Assembly: GCA_964016885.1 (NCBI GenBank)
Contig: CAXHJY010000886.1
Coordinates: forward strand, 19,235-83,234
Direction: 5' to 3'
DNA from: Eledone cirrhosa
Taxonomy: Eukaryota
Length of the DNA: 64,000 nt
This document shows, one piece after another, positions 12,668 to 27,563 of the stretch. Numbering within the stretch: the first letter of the stretch is position 1; each line of letters begins with the position of its first letter. Under the pieces are notes generated by a model. That model was not told where the DNA came from, searched no databases, and saw only the letters and a list, made by a program, of their open reading frames with translations. Both the position numbers and the translations under genes were made by a program.

Positions 12668-15600
12668 TAACTATGATAGACAAAACAAATTAATGTAGAA
12701 ATTATAACTGTAAAACTATTATCTCATATCCAGTAATTCACACTCAGCTTTCATGTCATATGTTATCACGATATTTTGCTTTTTTGCAAACTAGCAATGA
12801 AAGGCTATAAATATAGACTTTCATAATAAATGCATACATTAATTATTTTAATCTTTTATCTTTATAAACATTTTTATCACACAGGGCTCAGGTGTTTATA
12901 AAAATGTTTTTCTCCTCATTTGTTGACAATATTCTTTAGTAAATTGGCAGATAAAATGAAGCGTCAGTCAAATATTGAGATAGAAAGCAAATTAGTCGCC
13001 ATTAGAACATTGAAAAGAATACTTTGTGGTATGTTTTTTATGAGCTCTGAATTCAAATTCCATCAAGTTCAACTTTATCAACATCAGAGGATGAAAAACA
13101 AGTACCAGACTCAGGGCAATAGCTTGACATTGGATGGGATACCTTCCAGTATCTATTCAACATGTGCATTCTGGATTCAAATACAGCCTCCTATCACATT
13201 AATATTTCTACCAGAAGTTGTAACAATAGAAACAGTTTCCTTGATCTGATCTGGAAAATAGGCTTCTTTCCTTTCAATAAACAATTGAGTTTGTCATGCC
13301 CTCATATGTTTTAAATAACTCCATAAAAGCTTATTTTTCATATTATTCCATTCTCACTAATAAATATTCAATCATTACCTCTGTAGATATGTTGAGCTGA
13401 ATTTTGAGAACACTGAAATGATTTTAAAGATTTGTCTAATTCATTTTTCAGTTTATTTGTATAAGATCTTTTGTACCATCCCAATGTGTAGGTAAGCAGA
13501 AGAAATACTGAAAAAGATTTCAAAATCAAAATTAGTTTAAGAAAACAATTTAAATAATTATTCATTGTAAAGTTTTGTTAAACATGTCTCAGTCTCCATA
13601 AGACATTGAACATTCCTAAAATATATACGATGCATATTCCTGTATAAGCCATACTGGTAGATGCACAACACCTCTATTTTACCTAAAACATTCTTGGCTC
13701 AATACTTGACTTGCATATAAGGTTTTACAGGTTTTGTACTGGATCTAATCACTATCATGGGCAAGTGTCTTAATTTAAAAAAAAAAGTGATTCAATTAAT
13801 TTACCTGAAAAAGTTACCTTAAATTTGCAACAGAAAATAAATATTTGTCCATATTTTGTATCAAAGTCTATAAAAAGTAAAAAATATTCATACTTGTTTC
13901 TACATTTTGGCACAAGGCCAGCAATTACCCAGTGCATTATTGGTACTTTATTTTATCGACCCCGTAAGGATGAAAGGCAAAGTTAACCTCGGCAGGATTT
14001 GAACTCAGAATGGCAAGGGCCGTAACTATGCGTCAAAGCATGTCATCCGGCCCTTTACTGATACTGCCAATCCAAAAATATTCATAATGAACCATAAAAT
14101 GTTTTTTAAGGTTGTAAAGCTACTGTTACTCATTGGAGAATAATAGAATATTAAGGGATTAGAAATAGATTTAAATCAATTCAAAATATCATGACTCCAC
14201 AATATTCATGTTTTAACTATCCAATTTTGTTGATTAACAAATTTCAATAATTATTTGTATTTCTATTTGATTGAATTTCATATTTGTATTTCTTGCAGTA
14301 TAGATTATCTAGGTAAATGTTATTTATCACAAAGTTTCTTAAACATCAACAGTCTAGACTGATCGAGCAGATGTGTGATCAGAGGCATTCAAGCCATAAA
14401 TGTTCGGTTTTGTTTTCAAGAATAATCTGCTCTGAACCACATAATTTAATATGTAAAATAATATAGCATGATTTGAGGGAGGTTTGGCTGATAGTTCTAG
14501 TTGGTCGAGTGACTCTAGAACATTCTATTGTTAGTTTTGTGCCTAAAGTGTAAAAAGAATATAAAATATAAAAGTTACTTACTGCCAGGAATAAATGCAA
14601 TGCCAATCCATGTGGCAATGAAAGAAACTTCACTTCCAGAGAAAAAGTCAAAACCATGTAAATCAGGACATGCTTCTAGCACTGTCATATTAATTGGTAA
14701 ACTTGGACATTGCTTAGCTGAAACAAAATAGTTTAAATTATTATTATACATTGACAATAGGACAATGAATTAATGAATATGAGCTTATCTTTCTATTTTG
14801 TCTTATTTCTAATTCTACGTTCTGATGAAGGACTAGTCTCCAAAATGTTAAGACTCTTTTCCTGCCTGTTATTTCAAGTGTTAAACTAATATATTTTTTC
14901 AATGTACTGTATTGTTGCTTTGTTATTTCTGTTTACTTTCTACACAGAGGGGGGGGGGGGTCATACTGGTGTCACAACAAAAATTACTCCCAGTCCATCA
15001 TGTAAGGTGGTCATACTGTTGCCATGATAAAAAGCCCCCAGTCCACCATATAAGGTGATAGTACTGGTGCCACAACAAAAAGCACCCAGTCTATCCCATA
15101 AGGTGGTAGTAGTGGTACCACAAAAGCTTCTAATAATTTTTCAAGCAGCAGACATCATATTACTGCAGTCTCTGTATGAACAATTTATTATCAGCAGTGA
15201 CTATAACCCCATTTACACCAACCAAACCTATTCCTGTGACTAACACAAATTTATTTTAAAATACTAGGATGCTATCCTGTATAACAAAGAAAAATCTTTG
15301 CAATTACCATTAGCCCCAAACAAATCTCTCATGTACCATTTGATTGTACCAATATAAATGTAATAGACAAAAGCAGTTAAATGGTGTGCCCCAGCACGGC
15401 TGCAGATCATTGCCTGAAACATTAATAAAATAACTGCTTAATATGATCTTTTCCCAAAATACTTAGGATAACCATTAAGAGATAAAGGCTGAAATCCTAA
15501 CAATCTGTTAATAAATTATCTTGTCTCAGTCTCTTCGAAAAGAAAATATGATTATATTAATCTATAGAAAATATAGAAAAATATATGGTAGTACATGGCT

Positions 15601-18600
15601 TAGTGGTTAGTGGTTAGGGTGTTCAGCTCATGATTATAAGCGAGTGAGATTCATTCTCAGCAGTGCATTGTGTCCTTGAGCAAGGCACTTTATTTTGCAT
15701 TACTCCAGTTCACTCAGCTAGAAGAAATTAGTTGTACTTGTAATTCAAGAGGAGAGTATTATCACACACAGTGTCATGCTATATTCCCCTGAGGACTGTT
15801 ATAAGAGTAAACATTCTTGTAGAATGCTCAATAACTTGCACATTTATTTTACAATTTTCCATTGATCAAACAACTGGATCACTGACATAGGTCACACACA
15901 CACACACAGACACACACACAATGCAAGAAAACTTAATACAGAAGCAGCATACATGTGATGAATACATCATGCAGTTTTGGAATATTTGCAGCATGTTGAA
16001 TTATATAACTCATTTTGATACTTTTGATTTCTGCAATTTCTTCCTTTGTAAATAATCTGCAAATAAAATTAACAAAAACAAAAAATAAAACAGAGGTTCT
16101 ATTTACAAATATAATGGTTCTTGGACATTAAATTAGAAAAGTAGAATTCAATACAATTAACTGGGATACAGTCTAGCTAGTTGTAAAGAGGCACCATTAG
16201 TCTTGATCTGAGCTTGATCTGAGCTGATTTTTTTAAATATCGCTTCAGAGAAAGAAAGGTTACAATCATGTCCTTTTTCAGGTTTCTCAGACTGGCAGGA
16301 GTAGAAAGGAAATTATTCTCTGTTAAGGGTTTTTAATGGCTTTGTAGTTGTGTTAAATGAGGTAACAGATAAAGTCTATGACTCAAAAGCATACACAGTT
16401 CACTCAAGGAACTTCTATGCAATTTCCATCTTGACCAATTTCACTTGCAAGGATGGTTTGACCCAAAGTTATGGTAGAAGCTACTTGCCCTCTAGCATCT
16501 CATAGCAAAGCCAGCTTCTTCACCACATGGCCATGCCTACTGAATTTAAGTATGTTACGTGAAGAGATACTTCTGTGCTTCAATTGGGTTATGGGAATCA
16601 AATAGCAAAATAGACATAGATCAATACTCTCAATAAATTTTTATTTCCAATTAATAAATCCTGCAAGATAAATTGTCTCATCCTTAATTTAGGTATTAAC
16701 TCATCCAATTTCCAGCTAGAAGAGGCCATGGTTGTATTAATCTGTATTTCCCTTTGACATTTCATATCTAGCAATTCAAAACACTGTTTTACCACTTAGT
16801 CAACGAAGGATGAGTAGTACTCAATATTCATTTTTTTCAGAACCTCTGAGACTGGTGGGAAGGGAAGAAGGAAGTTATCCTCAAATTGGAAATCTGGTTT
16901 GAATACTTGCAACAGAATCAACTCCACTAAAGGCACTCAAGAGCTGGAAAACTACAAGACTCCCATCCAACCAATTGAAAATTCTATTAATCCATTGTCA
17001 TAAAATAATTCTTATTGGCAACATGACCCTCCGAAAGTGTAACAATAATTCTTATTTTATTAAACCCAATTGGATAAAAGGCAAAGTTGACCTCAATGGG
17101 ATTTGAACTCAAAACACAGCTGGAACAAATACCATAAGACAATTGGTCCTATGCTGTAAATTTCTCACATGAAATATAAACTCTAAATAAATACTTGAAA
17201 TTTTATATAAAATCTTGGCCAGTATGGTTGTGCAATAGAGAGTATGTGCAACCTGATAATAAATGATTGGGGTAATCACAATACGTTATTTATTCAACAG
17301 AAAATGCTTTAACAAAACTTTAAAATATCTCCAGATATCACATCTTTCCCTTGGCAAACACACACATCACTGAACTTTTAAAACCTCTTTTACCCATTGT
17401 GCATATTTTCAAACCAAAATCTATCTCCATCTCTCAGTCGTAACAGCTGTTCTTTCGTCAGAACTCTTATTAGTTCTCCTGGTCCACTTGCAGTAGTTTC
17501 CATCAGAGCTCCAGTAAATATATCAATGTTATCTAAAGATTTATGCACTGATTTCATCATTTGTATAATCTGAAAATAAGCAATATCATGAAAGTAAGTA
17601 ACATAATATACATATATTGACAACATACAAAATATTGTGTTAAATATTATCTATATGATTAGTAAAATTATGTGAAATGGTCTCAATTGAGACTTTCAAT
17701 TAATTCAGGATAGTGGAATAGTAGAAATGGTTAGCCTATCAAAAAAACAGGAATTATGAAAGTGATTGGGTGAGAGGAGTGATGGAAATAAATATGAAAG
17801 GAAATAGAAAATGGATAAAATTAAAGCCAGAGAGTGAGAAATGGAGATAGCGGGAAATGGAGAAGTCTGTCATGGAGCTTGTAATACTAATCTCACTTCA
17901 GCAGAAATCTTAAAATGTTTTTTGTTGTTGGATCCCAGAAATGGAGTGTGTAAATCATATAAAATAACCAAATTTCATACCTTTGGATTAGATTTAGCTA
18001 ATTCTGGATTAATATCTTCCCAAGATTCAATTTTTTTCATTCCAAGTGCAACTCTCGCAGAATTGTAATCAGGAAGTCCATAATCACGTCCTTTCATTAT
18101 AATCTGGACAACTCTGTCTTGTATATTGTAATAGAGGGTACCACGATTCCGCCCTAAAACAATTACCATTAGCAAATTAATTTTTTTTTCCCTTTATATG
18201 AATAAATGTTTGAAATAGTAATGTTCCTAGTTCAATCAACATTTCAAGAACTTACCAGACTTATCTGCTAGACCAATTCCTAATAAAAGTATTTCTAATC
18301 TGGTAATATGATCATTCATAGTGTTATTCTTATTGTTCTTACTGACTATAAAACCCCAATAATACACAAAACTATCAACCACTTCATCCAGAAGTTAAGA
18401 CCTAGATATTCTAGATATATCAATGAACCTAGGAATTCTATCTTTCTTCTTCTTCACCCTCTTATTCCTGAGAGGGTCATAGGGGCAGAGTCCTCAAACA
18501 CTCCTTTCAATGGTTCCTGCCAGAAGCAACCATCTCCAATTGATCCGAAGTTCGTAGATGTTATACAACCATCTTAAGGGTCTATGAGCGCTTCAATTTT

Positions 18601-21600
18601 GTGCTGGATTTGTGTTAAGAGAGGGGCTGACATGTCAACTTATCACCATCTAGTTATCTTCAACTTGAGACTACCCCAAAGCCATAGAAGCCCACAAAGA
18701 TGTATGAACAGAAATTTCCTATGACTAAAAATTAGACTTTAGTCACTGGTTTGATTTTTCATAAAACAGTTTGTCAGTTTCAATGATGAACACTCAGTTG
18801 GTCAAACAACCAAATGTTTAAATTAATGGGTAAGTGACCAACAATGGAATGGTTGCTGCACAATATCGAATCGTCCTAGGTTGAGCAGCTTTCAACAAGA
18901 ACAACGTAGTACTAACGAGTCTCCTATCATTGGAAGGTTAAGATCTTTGATACTTACATCCTACCAGTTGTGTTATATGGTTTTGACTATGTTAATTGAA
19001 CGACAAGGTCACTTCAAAAGCTCTCTACATTCCAAAACCATATAATGAGACTTATGACTAGCAAGCGGCTCAGCGACCGTATCTGTATCAGTATCAGTGA
19101 GCTGCTCAACATTGCCAAACTTAGACCAATTACATCAATTGTCAAGTACTCAAACTATACGGCCATATAAAAAGATCAACTTGTGGTGTGAGTAGGTTAT
19201 GCCTGAAAGGAATGTTGGCTGGTAAGAGAAGCAGAGGCCAGCAGCCAAAACGATGGCTTGACAATGTCAACTTATGGACTGGACATGATCTTTGAACCCT
19301 GCAGCTGCTGATCGAACTTTGTGGAGTGAGATAAGTTAATGTGCAGTCTGCAACTGGCGGAGTTTAGCGTCACAAGAGAGACCAAGTATTCAACAGACAA
19401 ATATATCCTTAATGTAATCCCCAAGCTGAATCAACATAACACAATATGTTGAATTACAATAATTTGAACTACAGATACAGTCCAGCCAATGGACTTCATA
19501 GAGATTCTGCTTGTTCAAGATGCCATGCAGTGGTATCAAACCTGAGATTTCATAATTACAGAGTGAACCTATTAACCCACCAACAATGACAGCAACAAGA
19601 AGGAACAATACATATTGGGAAATTAAAAATAAGAATTCTTGAATTGCTTCTCTCTCAATACAGTTTTAGAAACTAGAGTACAATATTCTAACAAAAACAC
19701 ATTAAATATTATAAAATCACAATTAAAAGTTATGGAAACCTTTAGTTTATATTTTAGTTACAAATTTGATATTTTGCTACTTCTACATGCATGTATACAT
19801 GCATGCATATATGTGTGTATCTTTGTGTGTCTTAAGAGGTAATTAAAACATCTGGTACCAGGAAAAGTATCTGGCCAAAATAAAAAAAAGACCCTATGGT
19901 GAGTATAAAGCCTGTCATAAAACCTGCAAGGTTATTTCAAGCTTCTGTGAGGAAAAAAATTGCCTTAAAATGCTTGCTATTGTTTTGTATATGGAAAATA
20001 GAGAACGTTAAACATTTAAAATACTTTTAAAGTACTTACCTTTAAAATCTTCAACAATAATCATGTCATCAGCTTCAGCTGGTTGGGAAATCATGCCATA
20101 AAGAAATTCCTTAAAGGCAGATTCATATTCAATCATATAATCCTAACAGAATAAAGTAAATAAATGATTGATTATCATGATTTCAAAGTTAAATTCTTAT
20201 GTGTTTCAAGTTATAGCCACAAGCATAACTTTGTGGTTAAAGAGTTCACTTTACAGCTATATGATTTCTTGTTCGATCTCACTCTATAGCACTGAAAATT
20301 TTAAAGTGAAATTTTGTAGATAGATACTAACAAAGGACGACCTAACCACCACTGTCAGGTAACACAGCTCAAGGCTGCCACTCTTAAAGGAAGATCCAGA
20401 GAACTTGTTGAATTACTTGAGAGGAGACAAGTGAATATATGCAGTGTTGAAGAGATAAGATGTGAGGCATCTCTGCAGATACAAGATTTTTAAGATGATT
20501 AATGAGGATGGGGTGGGTAGAATAGTCATTCTACTAGCTGAGAAGTGGATAAATAAGGTGATCGGTAGAATAGGCAATAGAATTATCAAACTCAGAATAG
20601 TCTTAGGTAATAGAATGATGACAATTATCTCTAAGTTAAGCACCACAGGCAGGACTAATTAATGAATAAAAGAATAGCTTCTATGAGGAACTTTTATTGA
20701 CTACCTCAGTTACAGATATCAGAGACTTCATCATCCTAGCTGGCAACTTCAATGGACTTGTTGGATAGCACCTGGATGGCTACACTGGAGTACATGGTGG
20801 ATATGAAGAGGACATGAGACTCCTAGAATTCTGTGATGTGAATGAACTAACTATTTGCAACCTGCCAGCCACACAATTACCTGTCAATCAGGCAAATGCA
20901 CAAACCAGATTAATTCTTTACTTGTTAAAAAATATAATTGGCAGATAATTATGAATGCTTAGTCCATCCCCAAAGAAGAATGCACCACACAATATAAGTT
21001 GGATATTAGTGACCACAGAATAACATAAGACAAAACACATGCAGAAAAATCAGGAGAAAAGGAGTATAGAAATAAATGGACCTGCCTGTTAAATTCATTT
21101 TACGTCCGCTTTTTCCCTGCTTGCAAGGGTGGGACGGGAACTGATTCTGGCTTGATTTCTACAGCTGGATGCCCTTCCTAACACCAACCTCATTTACAGT
21201 GAGTGTTGGGTGCTTTTTTGCCGTGGCACCTCCACGACCACTTTGCAGTGGAATGATAGGGACCCCAGTCCCTATCATCTCATTTCTACAGCTGAGTAAA
21301 CTGGAGCAATGTGAAATAAAGTGTCTTGCTCAAGGAAACAACACATCAACCGGTCTGAGAATTGAACTCACAACCTTTCGATTGCAAGGCCAATGCTCTA
21401 ACCACTAAGCCATGTGATGCATAAATCAAGAGAGATGAGGAATTAGATACATATGACAGAAAACAATTAGAAGTTTCTGTGAGAGAACCTACTGTTAAAA
21501 CATGGCTGGAGCAAAATACCAGCCAGGCAGAGAGTGACATGATGATGGGAGCACTGTGGATAGAGCTGTTAAAGAAAAGAGACAGGCATGGAAATACTGG

Positions 21601-24600
21601 AAAAATAGGGACAGCAAAGATCAAATAGCTAAAGGAGAAGCTAGATGACAGGTATACATAGTATGCAAAGAAGCTGAAAGCAGGAGGTTTGCCAATTTCT
21701 TGCAATGTGATCAGAGATGAGAAGTGTTTTGCATGTGTCTGTGATAACCGGGACATTGTTGTGGAAAAGTATGTGCAAAATGACACTAGTGCACTTTTCA
21801 CTGATGCCCAAAGGAAAGAAGCATGAAAATACTATTGCAAAAGGTTGATGCATATGAAGAATGAGTGGAAGAGCTGACCCAACAGAGGTACTATCGAAAT
21901 TGACAGTTATAGAGTCATGAAAGCAATCAAGGTGATAAAAAATGGTAAGGCCACAGGTCCATCAGAGATAGTCACTGAAATGTTGAAAACTTCTGGAGAT
22001 ACGAGTTGATCTAGTCATCCACAAAATCAATCATGTAGTACAAGATGGGATCATACCCAATGTCTGGTATAATAGTATATTCATCAATTGATTCAAGGAA
22101 CAATATGATGCACTAGAGAGGAGCAACTGCAGATGCATAAAACCAGGTGATAAAAGTGACAGAGAGAGTTTTAGCACAACTAATGAAGAGAGTTAAATTA
22201 GATGAGATGGAGTTTGGTTTTGTACCTTCTTTTTAGTGAAACAAATTATTGCCCCTGAATATATACCCTGAAATAAATGAATAACTAAAATACTCAGCAA
22301 ATACATTATCATTGTTTAACGTCCATCTCCCACGCTAGTATGGGTTATTAAATATTGCAATCAACTTACTTGTCCTTTCCAAAAGGTATTACAAAATCTC
22401 AGTTGCTTTTGGTACCTACAGCTTTCATCTCTACAAAAAATAAGATACCAAATTAAAAATGAAATAATAAAAAAAAAAAAAAAAAAATGTTTAATGTACT
22501 TAAAACATTGCCAGATAGAAATACAATTATGACGTTTATCATAAGATGGAAAGCATATTTGATTATCTTTGATAATTTTTTTTGGGGGGGGGGGGGGGGG
22601 GGGGGGTTTATACTATTGAACACTAAATCAATTTATTTTGGGACCAATTTTTACGGCCAAGTACAAACTATATATTTGCATATTTGCAGTAGTAGCTATA
22701 AAAGCAAAACAATATTGAAGTGTTTTTCATAAGTATAGTCAATTCTGTCCTCTTTCCTATGAGATTATATCACCATTTTATGCCCATGTTTCCATGCTGG
22801 CATTTAATTAGAGTTCTTACCTCCTACACAGGATGGGAGTCACATTTTGCTTATATATATTCCAGTTTGGACATGGAACGTACATATATTCTGAATTGTA
22901 AATCAGCAAATATTAATTCCTAGCTAAGAATCTATTCCAATACATCAACATATTCTCAATGGATTCAGTTAATGATGATAATGATATTATAATTCTCACT
23001 GAAACAGAAAAAGTTCCAATCTTATGAATAAGACCATCTATTTTTGCAATAATATTTTCCCTAGAACATACCATATACCAATATAGGGTATTTTGAAGTC
23101 TAACTACTGAATAGTCATTCAGAAAACAGAATGCTGCTCTTATTGCAGCATATTTTTACTAAAGCTAATTATTTTCAAATGTCAAATATTTGAAAAGAGT
23201 CTTGTTCTCAGTAATATGTAATTATAAGCTTTATTTTTCTTCAAAATATAAATAGAAAATTAGAAAGCAGTAAAGATATCCCTGAAATCCCCCCCCCCCC
23301 CCTCTCCCTCTTAACATCCTTGAGCGATAGTCAAACACCATTTTAACAGTACTATCACATGCCTTTAATGGGGTCTACTCTGTTGCAAACATTTCAGTCT
23401 GCTCTCCATTTGAGGATATTGTCCCCCTCACCTGTGTTGGAGGCTCCTAAAAAAGAGTCATGGGTATTGTCCTTCCTTCCCTAACTAAGCGATAAGAAAA
23501 AGGAAAGAAAAGAGTGAATCTATCAACGTTCTACAAACCTTACTTTTAAATTAAGCCATCTGTAACTATTTCTAATGAAATACATTGTTTCAATTAATTA
23601 AATTAATTAATGAGCTATTTTGAGGGAGTTAGTAAAATTATTATTTCATTACTAAGTAATTTTACATATGGTTCTTATATAAAATTGCAGGAAGATTTTA
23701 ATTTAAATAGGACCCCTTTTAAATGGGTGATTTTGTTTCTTAAAATCAGAGCCAATTTGGCCATATAGGTATCAAAGGGATTAGATGTTACAAACACAGA
23801 TGATCACCAGATTTCTTAAATTCCAGACTTGCCCTTCTTTCAAGAAAATTAGTTTGATATTCCTGAAATGGTTTCTTTGAAATAATAAACAAAGGAAAGT
23901 TGTTTATTATTATTATTGTTGTTTATTTTATTCATTAGAATAGTTTTATTGTATCCCTGCATGTCATAACAGGAAAAAAAAAAGATTGATATCAGGAAGG
24001 TTATAACATCATAAAACACTGCCTGGGAAAAGGGGACATAAAAACGATGAAAACAGCAAAATACCTTCGATGAATGACAGATGGCATCAAAGTCAAATAA
24101 TAGTTCTTAACAACAGCATCATATATAGCAGTCAAACGAGGATCTACACTTGGTTTGTAACCTAACAAAGCAAACACACCAAGGTTAATTTCTCTGATTT
24201 AAAAGAAACATTTAAATAGGGGTGGATATTTTAACTGCAAAAGTCTAATTTGAAATACTCATGTGGTGAGAACAGACTCAATACCATATTTCCTGGAGCC
24301 GAAGACACTTTGTCCTCAAGGACGCACCCTAAGTTTGACAACCAAAAATTTGAAAAAAAATAATAAACAACCTTTGGCCTCCAGGACGCATGGTAGATTT
24401 TTTAGACTTATTTTAAGAAAAATCTAGCGTTTTCGACGCCAGGAAATACGGTGACTAATATTTTAATTATTTCAGCAAATAGGGGAGTCAATTCCAGACA
24501 TGCTTTGGTTTTATCAGACCTCACCAAAGCATATGCTTCACCATATCTGCTAAAGTAATTCTCTGTATTAAAATTGTTTACTTCTACTTAGCATAAAACT

Positions 24601-27472
24601 TGACAGGTTTTAGCAAAGCTTAGTGAAAACTAAAAAATATAAATTTGTTTTTGCATGTTTCTTATCTACCACAACCTCTTAGCTATAATTTTATCAGGAA
24701 TAATATCAAATTATTAAGTGGAATCGTTGAGATTTTGACAAAATGAAAGAAATGATATTTGGTGATAGAACAATAAAGTGAAGTTTGGGCTTCCTATGAT
24801 AACTATGTTTCCAAAATACCTAGAAGGCCAAAGATTTAAGGGAAGGGGAACTGTTCATTAAATCAATTCCAGTACCTAACTGGTACTTTATTCAATCAGC
24901 CCTGGAAGGATAAAAAGCAAAAGTAACCTCGGTAAGACTTGAACTCAGATTGTAAAGAGGTGAAACAAATATGGCAAAGCATTTTGTCTGATGCTCTGAT
25001 AATAATGATGCTTATATGTAATTAATAATTTTTATTGGATAATTACTAATTACATAATAAAAATGTTAACCATAGAAAATAAATTCTACATGTATGTGTG
25101 TGTGTGTGTGTGCGTTCCTTCTATAAAACTAACTACTATAACATTTATCTAGCACCCACAAAACTTTTAATACTCTGCTATATGGTTTCAGCCTACAATA
25201 GACTACTCCCCAACCCTAAATTACTTCTAATTTAGATCAGTCTACATAAGAGTTATCCCCTCTTATTTAACTGGCAACCGATCACCACGATTTCTCTCCC
25301 CTTCCATAAGAGTACTCAAATTAAACTCGTATCTTGTCGACATACATTTCATTCCAATATGTCGAACTGGCGAGCTGTTGAAATATTCCCACAGTGAAAT
25401 GCATATCTTCAGCAGATGAAAATGTGAATTTAATATAATTTATATTTACTCACATCATCATCAATTCAAGGGTTAAAGATTATATCTTCAAGTTATTTCC
25501 CTTTGTTATAATACATTTTCATAAACAAGTTATAAGTATACATTAAAAAAACAAAGCAAACATTGCTTCAAGAATTATAGCCTGATTATGCTGGAGGAAG
25601 AAAAAAGATGAAAAGAGAAAGGAAAGAAGGGTTAAGCAATGAAAGAAAGAAAGAGGAGGGGGCAGTTACTACACCCCAGTCTGAGCCACACCCCGTGGAC
25701 AAAACAACAGTGTTACTGCAGAGAATGGCCAGAGAGACACAGACTCCAACAGTCACCCGACCTCATGGTTCTCTCTGTTTTTCTGACTTTGCAGAGGAAA
25801 TCAGCAATGTGGAGAACAGGGACACCAGAGGTCTTGCCGGAGATTCGTGCAAAGAGGAAGCAGTCAGTCAGGCTCTGGTATTTGACTATCTTCTTCTCCT
25901 CTGTGTTGGAATATAAAAATTCACTACAGAGAGGAGCAATTATAGGGGCATAAACTGATGGATCAGGTTATGAAAGTGGCAGAGAGAATATTAGCGCAAC
26001 TAATTAGAGAAAGGGTCAAATTAGATGAGATGCAGTTTGGTTTTGTGCCTCGGAAAAGTACAACAGATGCTCTCTTCTTAGTGAGACAACTACAAAAGAG
26101 GTTAAGCCACTATACTTAGCTTTTGTTGACCTAGAGAAGGCCTTTGATAGGGTACCCTGATCTGTCATCTGGTGGTCCCTAAGGAAACTAGGTGTAGAGG
26201 AATGGCTTGTGAGGACAGTGCAAGCTATGTACAGAGGTACTGTCAGTAAACTGAGAGTAGGAATGGAGTTTAGTGAGGAATTCCAGATACAAGTAGGAGT
26301 ACATCAGGGTTCGGTACTCAGTGCTGACGATCTGGTTCTTATAGTAGAATCAGTAGAGTAGCTAGGGAATAAATTCTGGCTATGGAAACAGCAGTTGGAA
26401 TCAAGAGGACTGAGAGTGAACACAAACAAGACAAAAGTGTTGATGAGTAGAAGAGAGGACAATACTCTGATTCCATCAGGGAAATGGCCATGTTTGATAT
26501 GTAGAAAAGGAACTGGCATAAATTCCATAAAATGTATGCAATGCAGATCTTGGGTACACAAGAGATGTAGTGGGATAGCAGGCAAACTAATAGGTAGGGA
26601 AAACTATGTATGCAGTAGATGTATAGGGAAATTTGACAGTAGAAGTCACAGTAACAGACACATTTTTCAAATGCAGGTGGGTTCTATAGAAGTGGTTGAT
26701 AGCTTCTGGTACCTAGGTGATCAGATTAGAATGGGAGGGGGGTGTTCTGAGGCCATAGTATCTAGAATAAGGAAGGGTTGGAAGAAGTTTAGGTAGCTGC
26801 TTCCTCCGTTGACAAAGAAGGGTTTCTTCCTGCATATGAAACGCCGGTTATATGATGCCTGTTTGAGATGCGCAATGCTGCATGGTAGTGAGACATGGGC
26901 AGCAACTGTAAAGGATATGCGACAGCTGGAAAGAAATGAAGCAGGCATGCTCCGATGGATGTGCAATGTCAATGTGCGTGAATGACTAAGCATAGATGAG
27001 TTGAGTGAGAAACTTTGTATAAGAGGGATAAGTTATAGTGTACAGGAGAGAAGACTGCAATGATATGGACATGTGATGCGCATGGAGGATGACCGCTGGG
27101 TAAAGAAGTGCCAAGAAATCCCAGTAGAAGGAAGTCACAGTAGAGGAAGACCACGAAAAACATGGGCAAAGGTGGTGAGAGCAGACCTCAGATCGCTGAA
27201 ACTCACGGAGGAGATGACAAAGGACCGTGACAAGTGGAGAGATGCTGTGCTGAATAGAACCCATCCCACCCTTGCAAGCAGGGAAAAGCGGACGTAAAAT
27301 GATGATGATGTCCATGATTGCCTGTTTGTTTATTTCCTGTAACTTAACAGTTTGACAAAGAGATCGATGTAATTAACAGCAGACTTTCAAAATAAAAACT
27401 ACTGAGAATATAATCGACTAAGCCCTTGAATTCAGTTCCCCGGCATGGTCACTGTTCAATGACTGAAGCATG

Positions 27473-27563
<91 letters not shown>

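Noticed and set aside
25331-25417. Minus-strand hammerhead (CTGAAGA plus long stem)
   Set aside because: GAAA, helix III and the cleavage triplet are absent; only an imperfect hairpin remains
25608-25916. 102-aa ORF
   Set aside because: No recognisable motif; intronic and adjacent to a LINE fragment
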